Below are positions 8,963-18,305 of a DNA stretch of 64,000 nt, piece by piece. The notes under the pieces are model-generated. The model was not told the origin of the DNA. It did not search any database and saw only the letters and a list, made by a program, of their open reading frames with translations. The position numbers and the translations under genes were made by a program. Source of the stretch: Kiritimatiellia bacterium (GTDB taxonomy: Bacteria > Verrucomicrobiota > Kiritimatiellia > RFP12 > UBA1067); the NCBI GenBank assembly GCA_016284515.1, contig JAEEOY010000290.1:1951-65950 (forward strand), in the 5' to 3' direction. The first letter of the stretch is position 1. Each line of letters opens with the position of its first letter.

Positions 8963-11900
8963 ATGAACAAAATGAAGTTGATTGCGCTTGCCGGAATCGT
9001 TCCGGCGGCGCTTTCGGCGACGGCGGGGCTGTTCTCGCCGGCGCCGACCAAGAAGGTGTCCGATGCGCTCCAGCCCGAGGCGCGCGTCTTCGTGAAGCGC
9101 GGCTCCGTCGCGTGGAAGGTGGCGGACTGGAACGGGATGAAGGCGGAGACGAAGGCGGTCGATGCGCCGCTTGCGCCCGGCGGGCGCGCAATCTCCGCAG
9201 AGTGGCGGCGCGGCGGGAAAGTCGTCCGCAAGGAGACGTATCCGCTGCCATCCGACGCAAAGGCGCTGGAGGCCGAGCTCCGAGAGGAGGCGATGCGAAT
9301 TGTTATCCCGTTCGACATGCCCTTCGACGGCAAGGCGACGATCGCGATCGACACGCCGGACGGAGTGAGGGTGCGCAACCTCGTCAACGGCATCCCGTAC
9401 GGCAAGGGGCGCCACGAGGTCGTGTGGGACGGATACCGCGAGGACGGCACGCTTGCCGACGCGGGCGAATACCGCACGCGCATAGCGGTTCATCCCGGCC
9501 TTTCGTACGAGTACCTCGGCTACTTCGCGTGCGGAGGAGATCCGGACCAGTGGAACGCGTGGGGGCCGAACCACCTTCCGTTCCTGCGCACGCTGCGCGG
9601 ACGCGGACGCGTCGCCGCGAGCACGTACTTCACCGAGGGCGGACACTCCACTGTGGTGCTTGGGCTCGACGGACACTACATGCACGGATGGGGCGACAAC
9701 TGGTTCAACGCGAACGACTCGATCCATCTCGTCGACGGACTTTCCGGCGAGCGCTTCTACGCGGTGCGCGGCTCGAAGGAGAAGAAGGAGCTGTCGATAC
9801 TCGCGTACAGCTGGACCGCCGAGCGCAAGTACAACGTCCGCTTCGCCGGCGAGGTTGGTCCGTGCTTCCCTGCAGGCGCGGCGGTCGTGGGCGATACGCT
9901 CTACGTCGCGAACGCAGAGACGAAGACGCTCGACAAGTTCCGCATCGACGAATCCGACCAGGGCACGACGGTCTTCGAGAAGATTGGCTCCGATGCGCTC
10001 GACTCGCCCGGCGCGCTTGATTCGTTCGACGGTAAGCTTGTGACCGCGCCAGCGCCGGGGGTTATCTCCTTCGACACCGACGGACGCGAGATATTCGCCG
10101 TCAAGGAGGGGTCGGACGTCATCCACGTCTACGACTTCGCGACGAAGGCCGAGAAGCGCACGATCGGCGTTCCGGGCGGATTCGCGACCGGCGCGTGGAA
10201 TGCGGACCGCCTCGTTTCGCCCTCGGGCGTGGCGCTCGACGAGAAGGGCTTCCTCTGGGTCGCCGAGAACCGCTTCACTCCGAAGCGCCTTTCGCGCTGG
10301 GACGCGAAGGCGGGGAAGTGCGTCTACGAGAAGTTCGGCTCTTCCGCCTACGGCTATCCCGGGATGGGAATGGACAGCGAGGATCCGTCCCGCTGGATGG
10401 CGTACGACGTCCTCTGGCACGTCGACGACAAGGCGAAGACCGACCACCCCGTCGCGATTGTGCACGAGCCGCAGGACTCCGTAAACCCGCTCCCCGTCTC
10501 GGCGATGCACTACACGTGGTTCCGCCGCTCCGGGCGCACGTTCGTCATGGGCTACGACAAGGCGACGACGATGTACGAGCTCAAGGACGGACGCTTCCAT
10601 CCGCTCGCCCTCGTGAGCTGCATACACGCCTATCTCGTCGGGCTCGGCCGCTTCGAGGAGAAGACGCCGTGTCCGCCGGCGATCATCGCAGCGTACCGCC
10701 GCTATCATCCCGAGTTCAAGGACCGCTCCGACGCGGACACCGCTCGCGCCCTGCGCTACGACAGGCGTGCCTTCTTCTGGAAGGACCTCAACCGCGACGG
10801 CAAGATGCAGGAGGGCGAAATCGAGCTCGAGATGGCGGACGTCGCTGGCGGATACTGGGGATACTGGGCGGAGTCGCTCGACTTCAACTACCCCGTCTCC
10901 GTTGACGGAAAGCTCTACCTGCTCCGCTTCGACGCGGGCGACATGAAGGGCGACTCGCTCCCCGACTGGTCGCTTTCCAGGGCGTTCGGCGCAAAGAAGC
11001 CGCTCGCCGGCTCGCTCCCTGCGGGCGAGTGCTCGCTCGGCGGCGAGGCGATGACGGACGTCCACGGCAGGACGGTCCTTCTCGGGATGACGCCGTACAT
11101 GCTCGGCATCGGACCCGAGGGGCGCATCGACTGGTCGATGTACAATCCGTTCCCGGGCGTGCACGGCGCGCAGAAGGCGTCGCTTCCCGTGCCGGGCGAG
11201 CTGCAGGGCCTTCTCTTTTCGCTGGGGACAGTCCCATACTCGAAGACGGCGGACGTCTTCGCGACGATCAACGACCACGGGCGGATGTTCTTCATCACGA
11301 CGGACGGACTCTACATCGACGAGATGTTCAGCGACTGCCGCGTCTCGGCGAAAATGGACGAGTCGACTGTCGGCGGCGAGGCGTTCGGCGGCAGCTTCCA
11401 CTACGACAAGGTGAACAAGAAGTGCGTGCTGCAGGCGGGTGGATACCGCAAGTACAACATCATCGGACTCGACAAGGTTCGCGAGACACGCGGGAATCTC
11501 AAGGTCTCGGAGGCGCAGATGCGCCTTGCCGCGGAGCATCCGCCGCGCTCGGCGGGCGAGTCGCGTCCGCAGTCCGCGTCCCTGCCCGGCCGCTTCTCGT
11601 GGAACGCCGGCGCGAACCACGTCAGCGTGGAGACCGAGGTGGCAGGCGAGAACATGCGCTTCCGCTTCAGCGTGCAGGATCCGTCGCCCTGGGTAAACAA
11701 CGGCCTCGACCGCCATCTCATGTTCAAGACGGGCGACTGCGTCGATGTGCAGTTCATCGACAGGAACGGACTCCCCGTGCGCGTGATGCTCTCGCCTGCG
11801 GCGGGGAATCCGGGCGAGACGCAGCTCACGTTCTACAGGCACACGGTGCCGGAGGCGGAGCGCGCGAAGGCGCATCCTCAGGACTTCTCTTCGCCGTGGC

Positions 11901-13855
11901 GCACGCACCACGCCGAGGACGTTACGTATCCCGACTGGTCGCGCGTCGTCCATCGCGGGCAGGGCGCGTACAACGCCGAGCTGTGCATACCGCTCTCGCT
12001 CTTCCCCGCGAACGGGGACATCAAGATCGACGTCGGCGTCATATACGGCGACGAGGAGGGCAAGATCAACCTCTCGCGCTCGTACTGGTCCAACAAGGAG
12101 ACGGGGCTCGTCAACGACGTCCCGGGAGAGATAATCCCGCAGCCCGAGAAGTGGGGCACGTTCGCCCGCGCTGGCTCGGCGTCTTCGGAGAAGGACGCGT
12201 CGAAGGGCTCGACTGCGGCTTCGTCAAAGCCGGTAAAGCTGCGCCGCGTAGGCTACGTGTTCAACCAGGGCGGGGTCACGACCAGCCGCGCCGAGGGCTG
12301 GCGTCCGGGAGACGAGACGCCAACGGTGGGTCCGGTCTACGACGCGGACGAGGGAGTGCTCTACATGGGCGGCTCGTTCGGGTCCGTCAACGCAATCGGG
12401 CTCGACGGACGCCTCCGCGCGACGTACACGCTTCCGGAATGCTCGCGGTTCGGCTACTTCGACCGCATGGTGCGCGATCCCGCTTCGGGCGACGTCTATC
12501 TCAACGTCGGCGGCACTGCCGAGGCTGGCACGGCGCGCAACCATCTGACCGGTCATGTCTACCGCATACCGGCGCACGCGGCGTCCGGCACTCTCGCCGA
12601 GATCGTCGCGAGCAACGTGACGGCGATTTCGTCGAAAGTGATGGACGGGAAGATCCTCCTCGTCAGGCGCGGAGGGGAGCTTGCCAGCTTCGACGTCCGC
12701 ACGCGCACCGAGGCGCCGTACGGGAAGGCTGAGATCGACGGGGCGGACTACTACACGTGCATGTACGACTGGATGCCGTCCGGGAAGCTCGTCGCGTGCA
12801 TCATGCACCAGAACCTGTGGGAGTTCGACGGAGGCCGCACGAACGGCGTGGTGCGGGCGATCTTCGGCGAGCGCGAGATCAAGATGGGCAAGGGCTTCAT
12901 ACTCGGCGACATCATGTGGTCGCTCACCGGCGGAACGGTCAAGCGCTACCGCGCCGAGAGCCTGCAGGCCGCGCCTGGCGTCGTGCTTGGCGGAGCGTCG
13001 GGGTACTTCCTCGGACGCGTCGACAACTTCCACGAGCTTAACGCAAGCGGAATATGTCCGCTCGGCGGGGAGCTCTTCGCCATAGGCTCGGGCGAGAACG
13101 CGGACTGCTATGTCTTCGAGTACGACCACTCGAAGGGCAAGCTAGTCGCGCTGCGCAGGCTCGGCCCGGTGGTGGATCCGTGGAACCTTGCGATCGACCG
13201 CGACGGATGGATCTGCTGCGACAACATGGTCTGGCCCTGGACGGCGCGCTCTTCCGCTCCGCCGACCACGCACTTCATGCGCATGCCCGAGCGCGGCGCG
13301 GCGGTTCTCCCGAACGGCACGTTCGTGCGCATCATGGAGTCGCACGGCGCGCGCATAGAGGCGTACCACGGAAAGCTGTGCGACGGGGAGATGCAGATCA
13401 CGGACTGGAACCGCAACGTCAAGGACTTCCCGGAGCCGGGCAACCACAAGCGTCCGGACGGATCCTGGAACTGGGCGCAGGTCCCCGTGAGGACCGATGT
13501 CGCGGAGAGCGGCGAGGTCGACGGGCGGAAGGGTTACGAGCTAAGGACCTTCTACGCCGACGGACTCGTCAAGTGCTACCGCGTCAGCGAGAACGGCGAG
13601 TTCGCGAAGGACGACTTCTACCGCGAGTACCGCCACGAGGGGAACGTACTCTACGCGGCGAGGGACGGAGACTATGCCGCCGTGACGGACCGCGAGAAGG
13701 GCACGGTTACGCTGTTCGCCAAGGGGGCGGGCGGCAAGCGCGTGCGCGTCGGCGTGGCGGAGGGGCTCAAGGGTCCCACGAAGGTCGCCATCTCCAACCG
13801 GCGCCTCGTCGTCTACGAGGCCGACGCCCAGCGGCTCGTGAAGTTCGAGTTCTGA
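8963..13855 (+). CDS. large secreted protein (FlgD-Ig-like, beta-propeller/NHL-like and CBM9/DOMON-like regions), function unknown
   Basis: AAGGGGAG RBS at 8952-8959. Signal peptide MNKMKLIALAGIVPAALSATAG. FlgD-Ig-like segment IAIDTPDGVRVRNLV..GRHEVVWDG..GEYRTRI. NHL-like SPSGVALDEKGFLWVAENR. Starts 22 nt after the preceding giant gene, so probably co-transcribed. Confidence 0.7.
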   Translation: MNKMKLIALAGIVPAALSATAGLFSPAPTKKVSDALQPEARVFVKRGSVAWKVADWNGMKAETKAVDAPLAPGGRAISAEWRRGGKVVRKETYPLPSDAKALEAELREEAMRIVIPFDMPFDGKATIAIDTPDGVRVRNLVNGIPYGKGRHEVVWDGYREDGTLADAGEYRTRIAVHPGLSYEYLGYFACGGDPDQWNAWGPNHLPFLRTLRGRGRVAASTYFTEGGHSTVVLGLDGHYMHGWGDNWFNANDSIHLVDGLSGERFYAVRGSKEKKELSILAYSWTAERKYNVRFAGEVGPCFPAGAAVVGDTLYVANAETKTLDKFRIDESDQGTTVFEKIGSDALDSPGALDSFDGKLVTAPAPGVISFDTDGREIFAVKEGSDVIHVYDFATKAEKRTIGVPGGFATGAWNADRLVSPSGVALDEKGFLWVAENRFTPKRLSRWDAKAGKCVYEKFGSSAYGYPGMGMDSEDPSRWMAYDVLWHVDDKAKTDHPVAIVHEPQDSVNPLPVSAMHYTWFRRSGRTFVMGYDKATTMYELKDGRFHPLALVSCIHAYLVGLGRFEEKTPCPPAIIAAYRRYHPEFKDRSDADTARALRYDRRAFFWKDLNRDGKMQEGEIELEMADVAGGYWGYWAESLDFNYPVSVDGKLYLLRFDAGDMKGDSLPDWSLSRAFGAKKPLAGSLPAGECSLGGEAMTDVHGRTVLLGMTPYMLGIGPEGRIDWSMYNPFPGVHGAQKASLPVPGELQGLLFSLGTVPYSKTADVFATINDHGRMFFITTDGLYIDEMFSDCRVSAKMDESTVGGEAFGGSFHYDKVNKKCVLQAGGYRKYNIIGLDKVRETRGNLKVSEAQMRLAAEHPPRSAGESRPQSASLPGRFSWNAGANHVSVETEVAGENMRFRFSVQDPSPWVNNGLDRHLMFKTGDCVDVQFIDRNGLPVRVMLSPAAGNPGETQLTFYRHTVPEAERAKAHPQDFSSPWRTHHAEDVTYPDWSRVVHRGQGAYNAELCIPLSLFPANGDIKIDVGVIYGDEEGKINLSRSYWSNKETGLVNDVPGEIIPQPEKWGTFARAGSASSEKDASKGSTAASSKPVKLRRVGYVFNQGGVTTSRAEGWRPGDETPTVGPVYDADEGVLYMGGSFGSVNAIGLDGRLRATYTLPECSRFGYFDRMVRDPASGDVYLNVGGTAEAGTARNHLTGHVYRIPAHAASGTLAEIVASNVTAISSKVMDGKILLVRRGGELASFDVRTRTEAPYGKAEIDGADYYTCMYDWMPSGKLVACIMHQNLWEFDGGRTNGVVRAIFGEREIKMGKGFILGDIMWSLTGGTVKRYRAESLQAAPGVVLGGASGYFLGRVDNFHELNASGICPLGGELFAIGSGENADCYVFEYDHSKGKLVALRRLGPVVDPWNLAIDRDGWICCDNMVWPWTARSSAPPTTHFMRMPERGAAVLPNGTFVRIMESHGARIEAYHGKLCDGEMQITDWNRNVKDFPEPGNHKRPDGSWNWAQVPVRTDVAESGEVDGRKGYELRTFYADGLVKCYRVSENGEFAKDDFYREYRHEGNVLYAARDGDYAAVTDREKGTVTLFAKGAGGKRVRVGVAEGLKGPTKVAISNRRLVVYEADAQRLVKFEF

Positions 13856-13878
13856 CCGAAAACGGCGCGGCGGCGATA

Positions 13879-13887
13879 TGGTATAAT
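13879..13887 (+). promoter_or_regulatory. extended -10 promoter (TGGTATAAT), leaderless-type
   Basis: Exact TGnTATAAT. ATG 13896 is only 8 nt downstream and there is no SD. Confidence 0.55.
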
Positions 13888-13895
13888 ATGCAGCC

Positions 13896-14735
13896 ATGAT
13901 CGAATTTGCCAAAGAGACCCTGTCGCTACTGCCGTTCCTGTTCGTCACGTACCTCGTTCTAGAGGCCGTGGAGGCCCATGCGGGCGGCGCGCTCGAGAAG
14001 CTGCTTGAGCGCGCCCGCTCCATAGGTCCGCTCGCAGGCGCCGCCGCGGGGGCGATTCCGCAGTGCGGCGTATCCGCCGCGGCTGCCTCGCTGTATGCGG
14101 GCGGCGTGGTGACGGTGGGCACGCTCGTCGCCGTATTTCTGTCGACGTCCGACGAGCTTCTGCCGGTCCTTGTGTCCAAGCAGGTCCCTGCGGCGCTGAT
14201 GGTCAAGATCGTGGCGCTGAAGGTCGCCGCGGCGATTGCAATCGGCTTCTCGCTTAACGCCGTCCTCGCGTTTGCGCGGCACATGCGCCGCCACGTGGAG
14301 GTGCATGAGCTGTGCGAGCACAGCAGGTGCGGATGCGGCGAGCACAAGGGCATACTCGTTCCTGCGCTCATACACACCGCGGAGATATTCGCGTTCATCG
14401 TCGTCGTTTCGGGGGCGATCGAGCTCGCGATGCACTTCTGGGGCGAGGACTGCCTGCAGACGCTGCGGCTCAACACGCCGGTGTTCGGGGAATTCGCCGC
14501 GGGGCTTCTCGGGCTTGTCCCCAACTGCGCCGTCTCCGTCGCGGGCGCGGAGCTCTACTGCAAGGGCGCGATGTCCGCAGGCGCGCTTATGGCGTCGTCT
14601 TTCACGGGCTCTGGACTCGGGCTTCTGGTGCTCTTCCGCACCAACCGCAACCTCCGCGAGAACCTCTCCATCCTCGCGTTCGTCTACTTCTCCGGCGTCG
14701 CGCTTGGCTGGCTTACTGGTTTCCTCTTTGACTGA
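13896..14735 (+). CDS. polytopic membrane protein, putative heavy-metal/manganese exporter (ArsP_2-like)
   Basis: IPQCG and STSDELLP motifs and a multi-TM profile, as in proteins annotated as putative 10-TM heavy-metal exporters. His/Cys-rich loop HMRRHVEVHELCEHSRCGCGEH at 14280-14345. Confidence 0.55.
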   Translation: MIEFAKETLSLLPFLFVTYLVLEAVEAHAGGALEKLLERARSIGPLAGAAAGAIPQCGVSAAAASLYAGGVVTVGTLVAVFLSTSDELLPVLVSKQVPAALMVKIVALKVAAAIAIGFSLNAVLAFARHMRRHVEVHELCEHSRCGCGEHKGILVPALIHTAEIFAFIVVVSGAIELAMHFWGEDCLQTLRLNTPVFGEFAAGLLGLVPNCAVSVAGAELYCKGAMSAGALMASSFTGSGLGLLVLFRTNRNLRENLSILAFVYFSGVALGWLTGFLFD

Positions 14736-14756
14736 CGCCACCGCTGCGCGACAGCC

Positions 14757-14800
14757 CCCCAATTGGGTAATGGTGCGGCGGCGCGCACATTTGATAGAAT
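14757..14800 (+). promoter_or_regulatory. promoter with upstream CCC-W-GGG box (CCCCAATTGGGTAATG), 22 nt, then TGaTAGAAT
   Basis: Box at 14757-14772. Extended -10 at 14792-14800. Same geometry at 16435, 18216 and 23123. Confidence 0.5.
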
Positions 14801-14870
14801 AAAGCCGTGATGTTCAATGGATTCCGACGGCACGGTGCCAAGGGGTTCAGGACGCGCAAGGAGGTAGAGC

Positions 14871-16379
14871 ATGACGGCAGGAATCTTGTTGGCGGCGGTT
14901 GCCGCCACGCACTTTGCAAGCGTCGAAGGAGACGAGTGGAAATCGTCCCCGCTGCAATCTGAGAATGTGAGCGAGCGAAGCGGAGGAAGCGAAGCCGCGA
15001 ACTCCACCCTTGAGCTATTTGCAACGGACGGCAAAACGCCGCGCGCGGGGTCCGTTCCGTGGCGCGCGTGGGGCACGACGTTCAACGAGCTCGACCTCGA
15101 CGCGCTGCGGATGCTGAAACCGGCGGAGCAGGACGAGATACTGAAAAAGCTCTTTGCGCCGAAGGGCGAGCTGCGCTTCACGCGCGGACGCCTGACGATG
15201 AACGCGAACGACTACTCCCGCGAGTGGTATTCGTGCAGCGAGACGGAAGGCGACTTCGAGCTGAAGCACTTCAACATTGAGCACGACAAGGAGAACCAGA
15301 TCGCGCTCATCAAGATGGCGCAGAAATTCCAGCCGAAGCTCACGTTCTGGGTGAGCCCGTGGTCTCCGCCCGCGTGGATGAAGATCAACAAGGACTACTG
15401 CGTCCTTTCGAGCAAGTTCAACAACCAGCCGAAGGAAAAGGACGCGCTTCTCTACGGAGGCGGAGAGTCCGACGCGGTCGATCCCAACGAGATGTGGCTT
15501 CAGGGCGACAGGCGCAAGCCTTTTCCGCGCCGCCTCGCAACGCAGAACTATTTCATCCAGGAGCCGGAGTACCTCCAGGCATATGCGGACATGTTCGTCA
15601 GGTTCATCGAGCTGTACAGGAAAGAGGGCGTTCCGATCGACATGGTGATGTACCAGAACGAGGCGTATTCCTACACTCCGTATCCGGGATGTCCGTGGAC
15701 CGCCGAAGGGACGGTGCGCTTCAACCGCGACTACCTTGCGCCTGCGCTGAAGGCGAAGGCGCCCGGCGTGAAGCTGTATCTCGGCACGTTCAACACGAAC
15801 CGCAGAAGCTACATCGAGCAGATCTTCGACGCGCCTGGAATGCTGGATGTCGTCGATGGATTCGGATTCCAGTGGGAAGGTCGGGACGTGATGGAGGCGA
15901 TAGCGGACAAGTATCCGGGGAAGCACCGCATCTGCTCCGAGTCGGAGTGCGGGAACGGACGCATGGACTGGAAGGCCGGCGAGCACACAAGCTGGCTCAT
16001 CTTCCAGAACCTCGGCAACGGAGCGGACGAATGGTACAACTGGAACTTCATCCTCTGCGACATGGGCCGCTCGCGCTGGGGCTGGTGCCAGAACGCGCTC
16101 ATCCGCGTCGACTCGAAGACGAAAGAGTTCTCGTACCGTCCTGAGTATTACGCGGTCCGCCACTTCGCGCAGTTCATAAAGCCCGGCGCGGTGCAGCTCG
16201 CGTACTCGCCGTGGCGCGACAGCACCGAGGCCCTCTGCTACCGCAACCCGGACGGGGAAATCGTCGTCGTAGCGACGAACTGGGCCAACGGCGAAAAGCG
16301 CGTCAGGTTCTCCGTCGCGGGAAAGGCCTATGCCGTCAACCTCAAGCCGCATTCGTTCAACACCTTCACAATCAAGTAG
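14871..16379 (+). CDS. glycoside hydrolase family 30-like (glucosylceramidase/xylanase fold)
   Basis: AAGGAGG RBS at 14858-14864. FWVSPWSPPAWMKIN and MYQNEAYSYTP match GH30 signatures (SPWSPPxWMK and the catalytic NE). Confidence 0.7.
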   Translation: MTAGILLAAVAATHFASVEGDEWKSSPLQSENVSERSGGSEAANSTLELFATDGKTPRAGSVPWRAWGTTFNELDLDALRMLKPAEQDEILKKLFAPKGELRFTRGRLTMNANDYSREWYSCSETEGDFELKHFNIEHDKENQIALIKMAQKFQPKLTFWVSPWSPPAWMKINKDYCVLSSKFNNQPKEKDALLYGGGESDAVDPNEMWLQGDRRKPFPRRLATQNYFIQEPEYLQAYADMFVRFIELYRKEGVPIDMVMYQNEAYSYTPYPGCPWTAEGTVRFNRDYLAPALKAKAPGVKLYLGTFNTNRRSYIEQIFDAPGMLDVVDGFGFQWEGRDVMEAIADKYPGKHRICSESECGNGRMDWKAGEHTSWLIFQNLGNGADEWYNWNFILCDMGRSRWGWCQNALIRVDSKTKEFSYRPEYYAVRHFAQFIKPGAVQLAYSPWRDSTEALCYRNPDGEIVVVATNWANGEKRVRFSVAGKAYAVNLKPHSFNTFTIK

Positions 16380-16434
16380 GCGATGCTGTCTTTCGTGCGC
16401 AGGAGATGGGCTACATCCGCTTGTAGAGTCGTTT

Positions 16435-16477
16435 CCCAAAAAGGGGATGGCGACAGGTTCTCGCGTTTTGTTATAAT
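16435..16477 (+). promoter_or_regulatory. promoter with CCC-W-GGG box (CCCAAAAAGGGGATG), 22 nt, then TGtTATAAT; leaderless-type
   Basis: Box at 16435-16449. Extended -10 at 16469-16477. ATG 16484 is 6 nt downstream. Confidence 0.55.
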
Positions 16478-16483
16478 TGCGGC

Positions 16484-18196
16484 ATGAAAATCATCCTTCT
16501 TGTTGCTTCGCTTGCCATGTCTGCGGTTGTAATCGCCGCGGAGGGGGAGCCGCGCATCTCCAAGGGCAAGAAGTTCGTCCATCCGGGGATATTCTACACG
16601 GAGGGGGACTTCGGACGCATGAGGGCGATGGTAGCGGCAGGACGCGAGCCGTGGAAGAAGTCGTTCGACGCGCTGAGGTTCAGTCCGTATGCGAATTCCG
16701 GCGCGTGGGCGCGTCCGCGGGGCGGAGTTATCGACCAGGGGCGCTTCAACGCGACGATAGGAATCGACGGACGCCGCGCGCACGACATCGCGCTTATGTG
16801 GAAGCTCACGGGCGAGGAGCACTACGCGGCGAAGGCGCGCGACTTCCTCGTCCAGAACGCGAACTGGACAGAGACGAGCTGGGGCGGGACCGGTCCGCTC
16901 GACAACGGCAAGATATATCTTCTCGTCGAGGCGGCCGAAATGATTCGCGACTATCCCGGCTGGGCGAAGGAAGACCAGAAGAAGTTCGGCGACATGCTTC
17001 GCAATGTTTTCGTTCCGCACATCTACTCCGGCGACATAATGCGCTGGGGCAATCAGGGACTGACCGCCTGGCACGGTCTCCTCGCCATCGCGATATTCCT
17101 CGACGACGAAAAGCTGTATGACCGCGTGTGGAACTACCTTACGGGTCGTCCGCACCGTCCGGACGACAATCCGTTCCCCTCGGGCGGCGTGTGGAAGCCC
17201 GACTGGCCCGCGCACTACGGCGAGTTCTTCGTCGAGCGCACGAAGCCGCCGGCGTTCGGCAACGAGCCGGACTGGGGATACGACGACCTGCTCCAGTACT
17301 ACATATATCCGAACGGACAATGCGAGGAGTCGTGCCGCGACCAGGCGCATGCGACGTACGGCATCTCGCAGATGGTTGCGATTGCCGAGATATTCTGGAA
17401 CCAGGGAGACGATCTCTACGGACACCTCGACAACAGGCTTCTGCGCGGACTCGAATGGTCGCTTCGCTACAACCTGAGCGACTGGGAGCCGTCCGGGTTC
17501 ACGGAAAACCCCGCTGAGGCGACATTCGAAAACGGAATGTTCCTGCGCACGCGCACGCGCAACAATCGCTGGAGTTCTGTGAAGCCGTCCTTCCACGCGC
17601 GTGGCGCGGATGGAGGTCCGGCCGCGCCGCGAACCGCCGCGCTGATGCACTACACGGTCCGACGCGGCGTATCCACAAACGAGACATTCTGGCTGCAGAA
17701 GGCGGTCGACAACCACTTCGCGAACGGAGGAGTCGGCGAGGTGTGGGGGTTTGGCCCGAACTGGTACTACGAGTTCGAGGGATGGGGAACGCTCACGAAG
17801 ACTCGCACGCCGTGGATGCGCGGTGATCCTGTCGCGGTGCCGAAGGTCCCTGCGACAGTCAAGGCAATCGACTACGACCGCCGTCCGGCGTGCAAACCCG
17901 TCATTGAAAGCGGTGCGCTCAGCCGCATAAAGCGCGGCGACTCCTTCGACTACACGGTGAACGTACCGGAGGCGGGTGACTACCGCATTTCAGTTGTGTA
18001 CAAAAGTGCGAGGCGACTTGAGCTGGCGCTTGCGGCGGATGGCGGGCGATACAGGGGCAAGGAGCTTCCGCCTGCGGACGACTACAAGAAGGCAACGCTC
18101 GGCGTGCGCAAGCTGGAGGCGGGCGCGGTAGTCCTCAAGATCGGCGTCGTAAACGCCACCGGCGCGCGAATTAGGTCGATTGTGGTAGAGAAGTAA
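16484..18196 (+). CDS. alginate-lyase-like (alpha/alpha toroid) polysaccharide lyase with C-terminal CBM6/35-like module
   Basis: Signal peptide MKIILLVASLAMSAVVIAA. RAHDIALMWKLTGEEHYAAKARDFL and WGNQGLTAWHG are typical of alginate lyase/heparinase-type toroids. The C-terminal beta-sandwich (GDSFDYTVNVPEAGDYRISVVYKS) looks CBM-like. Confidence 0.55.
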   Translation: MKIILLVASLAMSAVVIAAEGEPRISKGKKFVHPGIFYTEGDFGRMRAMVAAGREPWKKSFDALRFSPYANSGAWARPRGGVIDQGRFNATIGIDGRRAHDIALMWKLTGEEHYAAKARDFLVQNANWTETSWGGTGPLDNGKIYLLVEAAEMIRDYPGWAKEDQKKFGDMLRNVFVPHIYSGDIMRWGNQGLTAWHGLLAIAIFLDDEKLYDRVWNYLTGRPHRPDDNPFPSGGVWKPDWPAHYGEFFVERTKPPAFGNEPDWGYDDLLQYYIYPNGQCEESCRDQAHATYGISQMVAIAEIFWNQGDDLYGHLDNRLLRGLEWSLRYNLSDWEPSGFTENPAEATFENGMFLRTRTRNNRWSSVKPSFHARGADGGPAAPRTAALMHYTVRRGVSTNETFWLQKAVDNHFANGGVGEVWGFGPNWYYEFEGWGTLTKTRTPWMRGDPVAVPKVPATVKAIDYDRRPACKPVIESGALSRIKRGDSFDYTVNVPEAGDYRISVVYKSARRLELALAADGGRYRGKELPPADDYKKATLGVRKLEAGAVVLKIGVVNATGARIRSIVVEK

Positions 18197-18212
18197 CTAC
18201 ACTTCCATCCCT

Positions 18213-18258
18213 GCGCCCAAATGGGGGATGTTTCCCGAGCCGCCGCGTGTGGTAAAAT
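18213..18258 (+). promoter_or_regulatory. promoter of PATR giant gene A: conserved 19-mer GCGCCCAAATGGGGGATGT, 21 nt (22 from its ATG), then TGgTAAAAT
   Basis: The 19-mer at 18213-18231 is identical to 23120-23138. Extended -10 at 18250-18258. Confidence 0.55.
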
Positions 18259-18305
18259 GGTGTCGCATAGTTGGCATGGTCCAGCACAAGAAAGGAAAGT
18301 GGTAT

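Noticed and set aside
8927-11953. 1008-aa minus-strand ORF
   Set aside because: It is antisense to the 1630-aa secreted protein, which has a signal peptide, an RBS and domain motifs. The minus-strand product is Arg-rich with no motifs.
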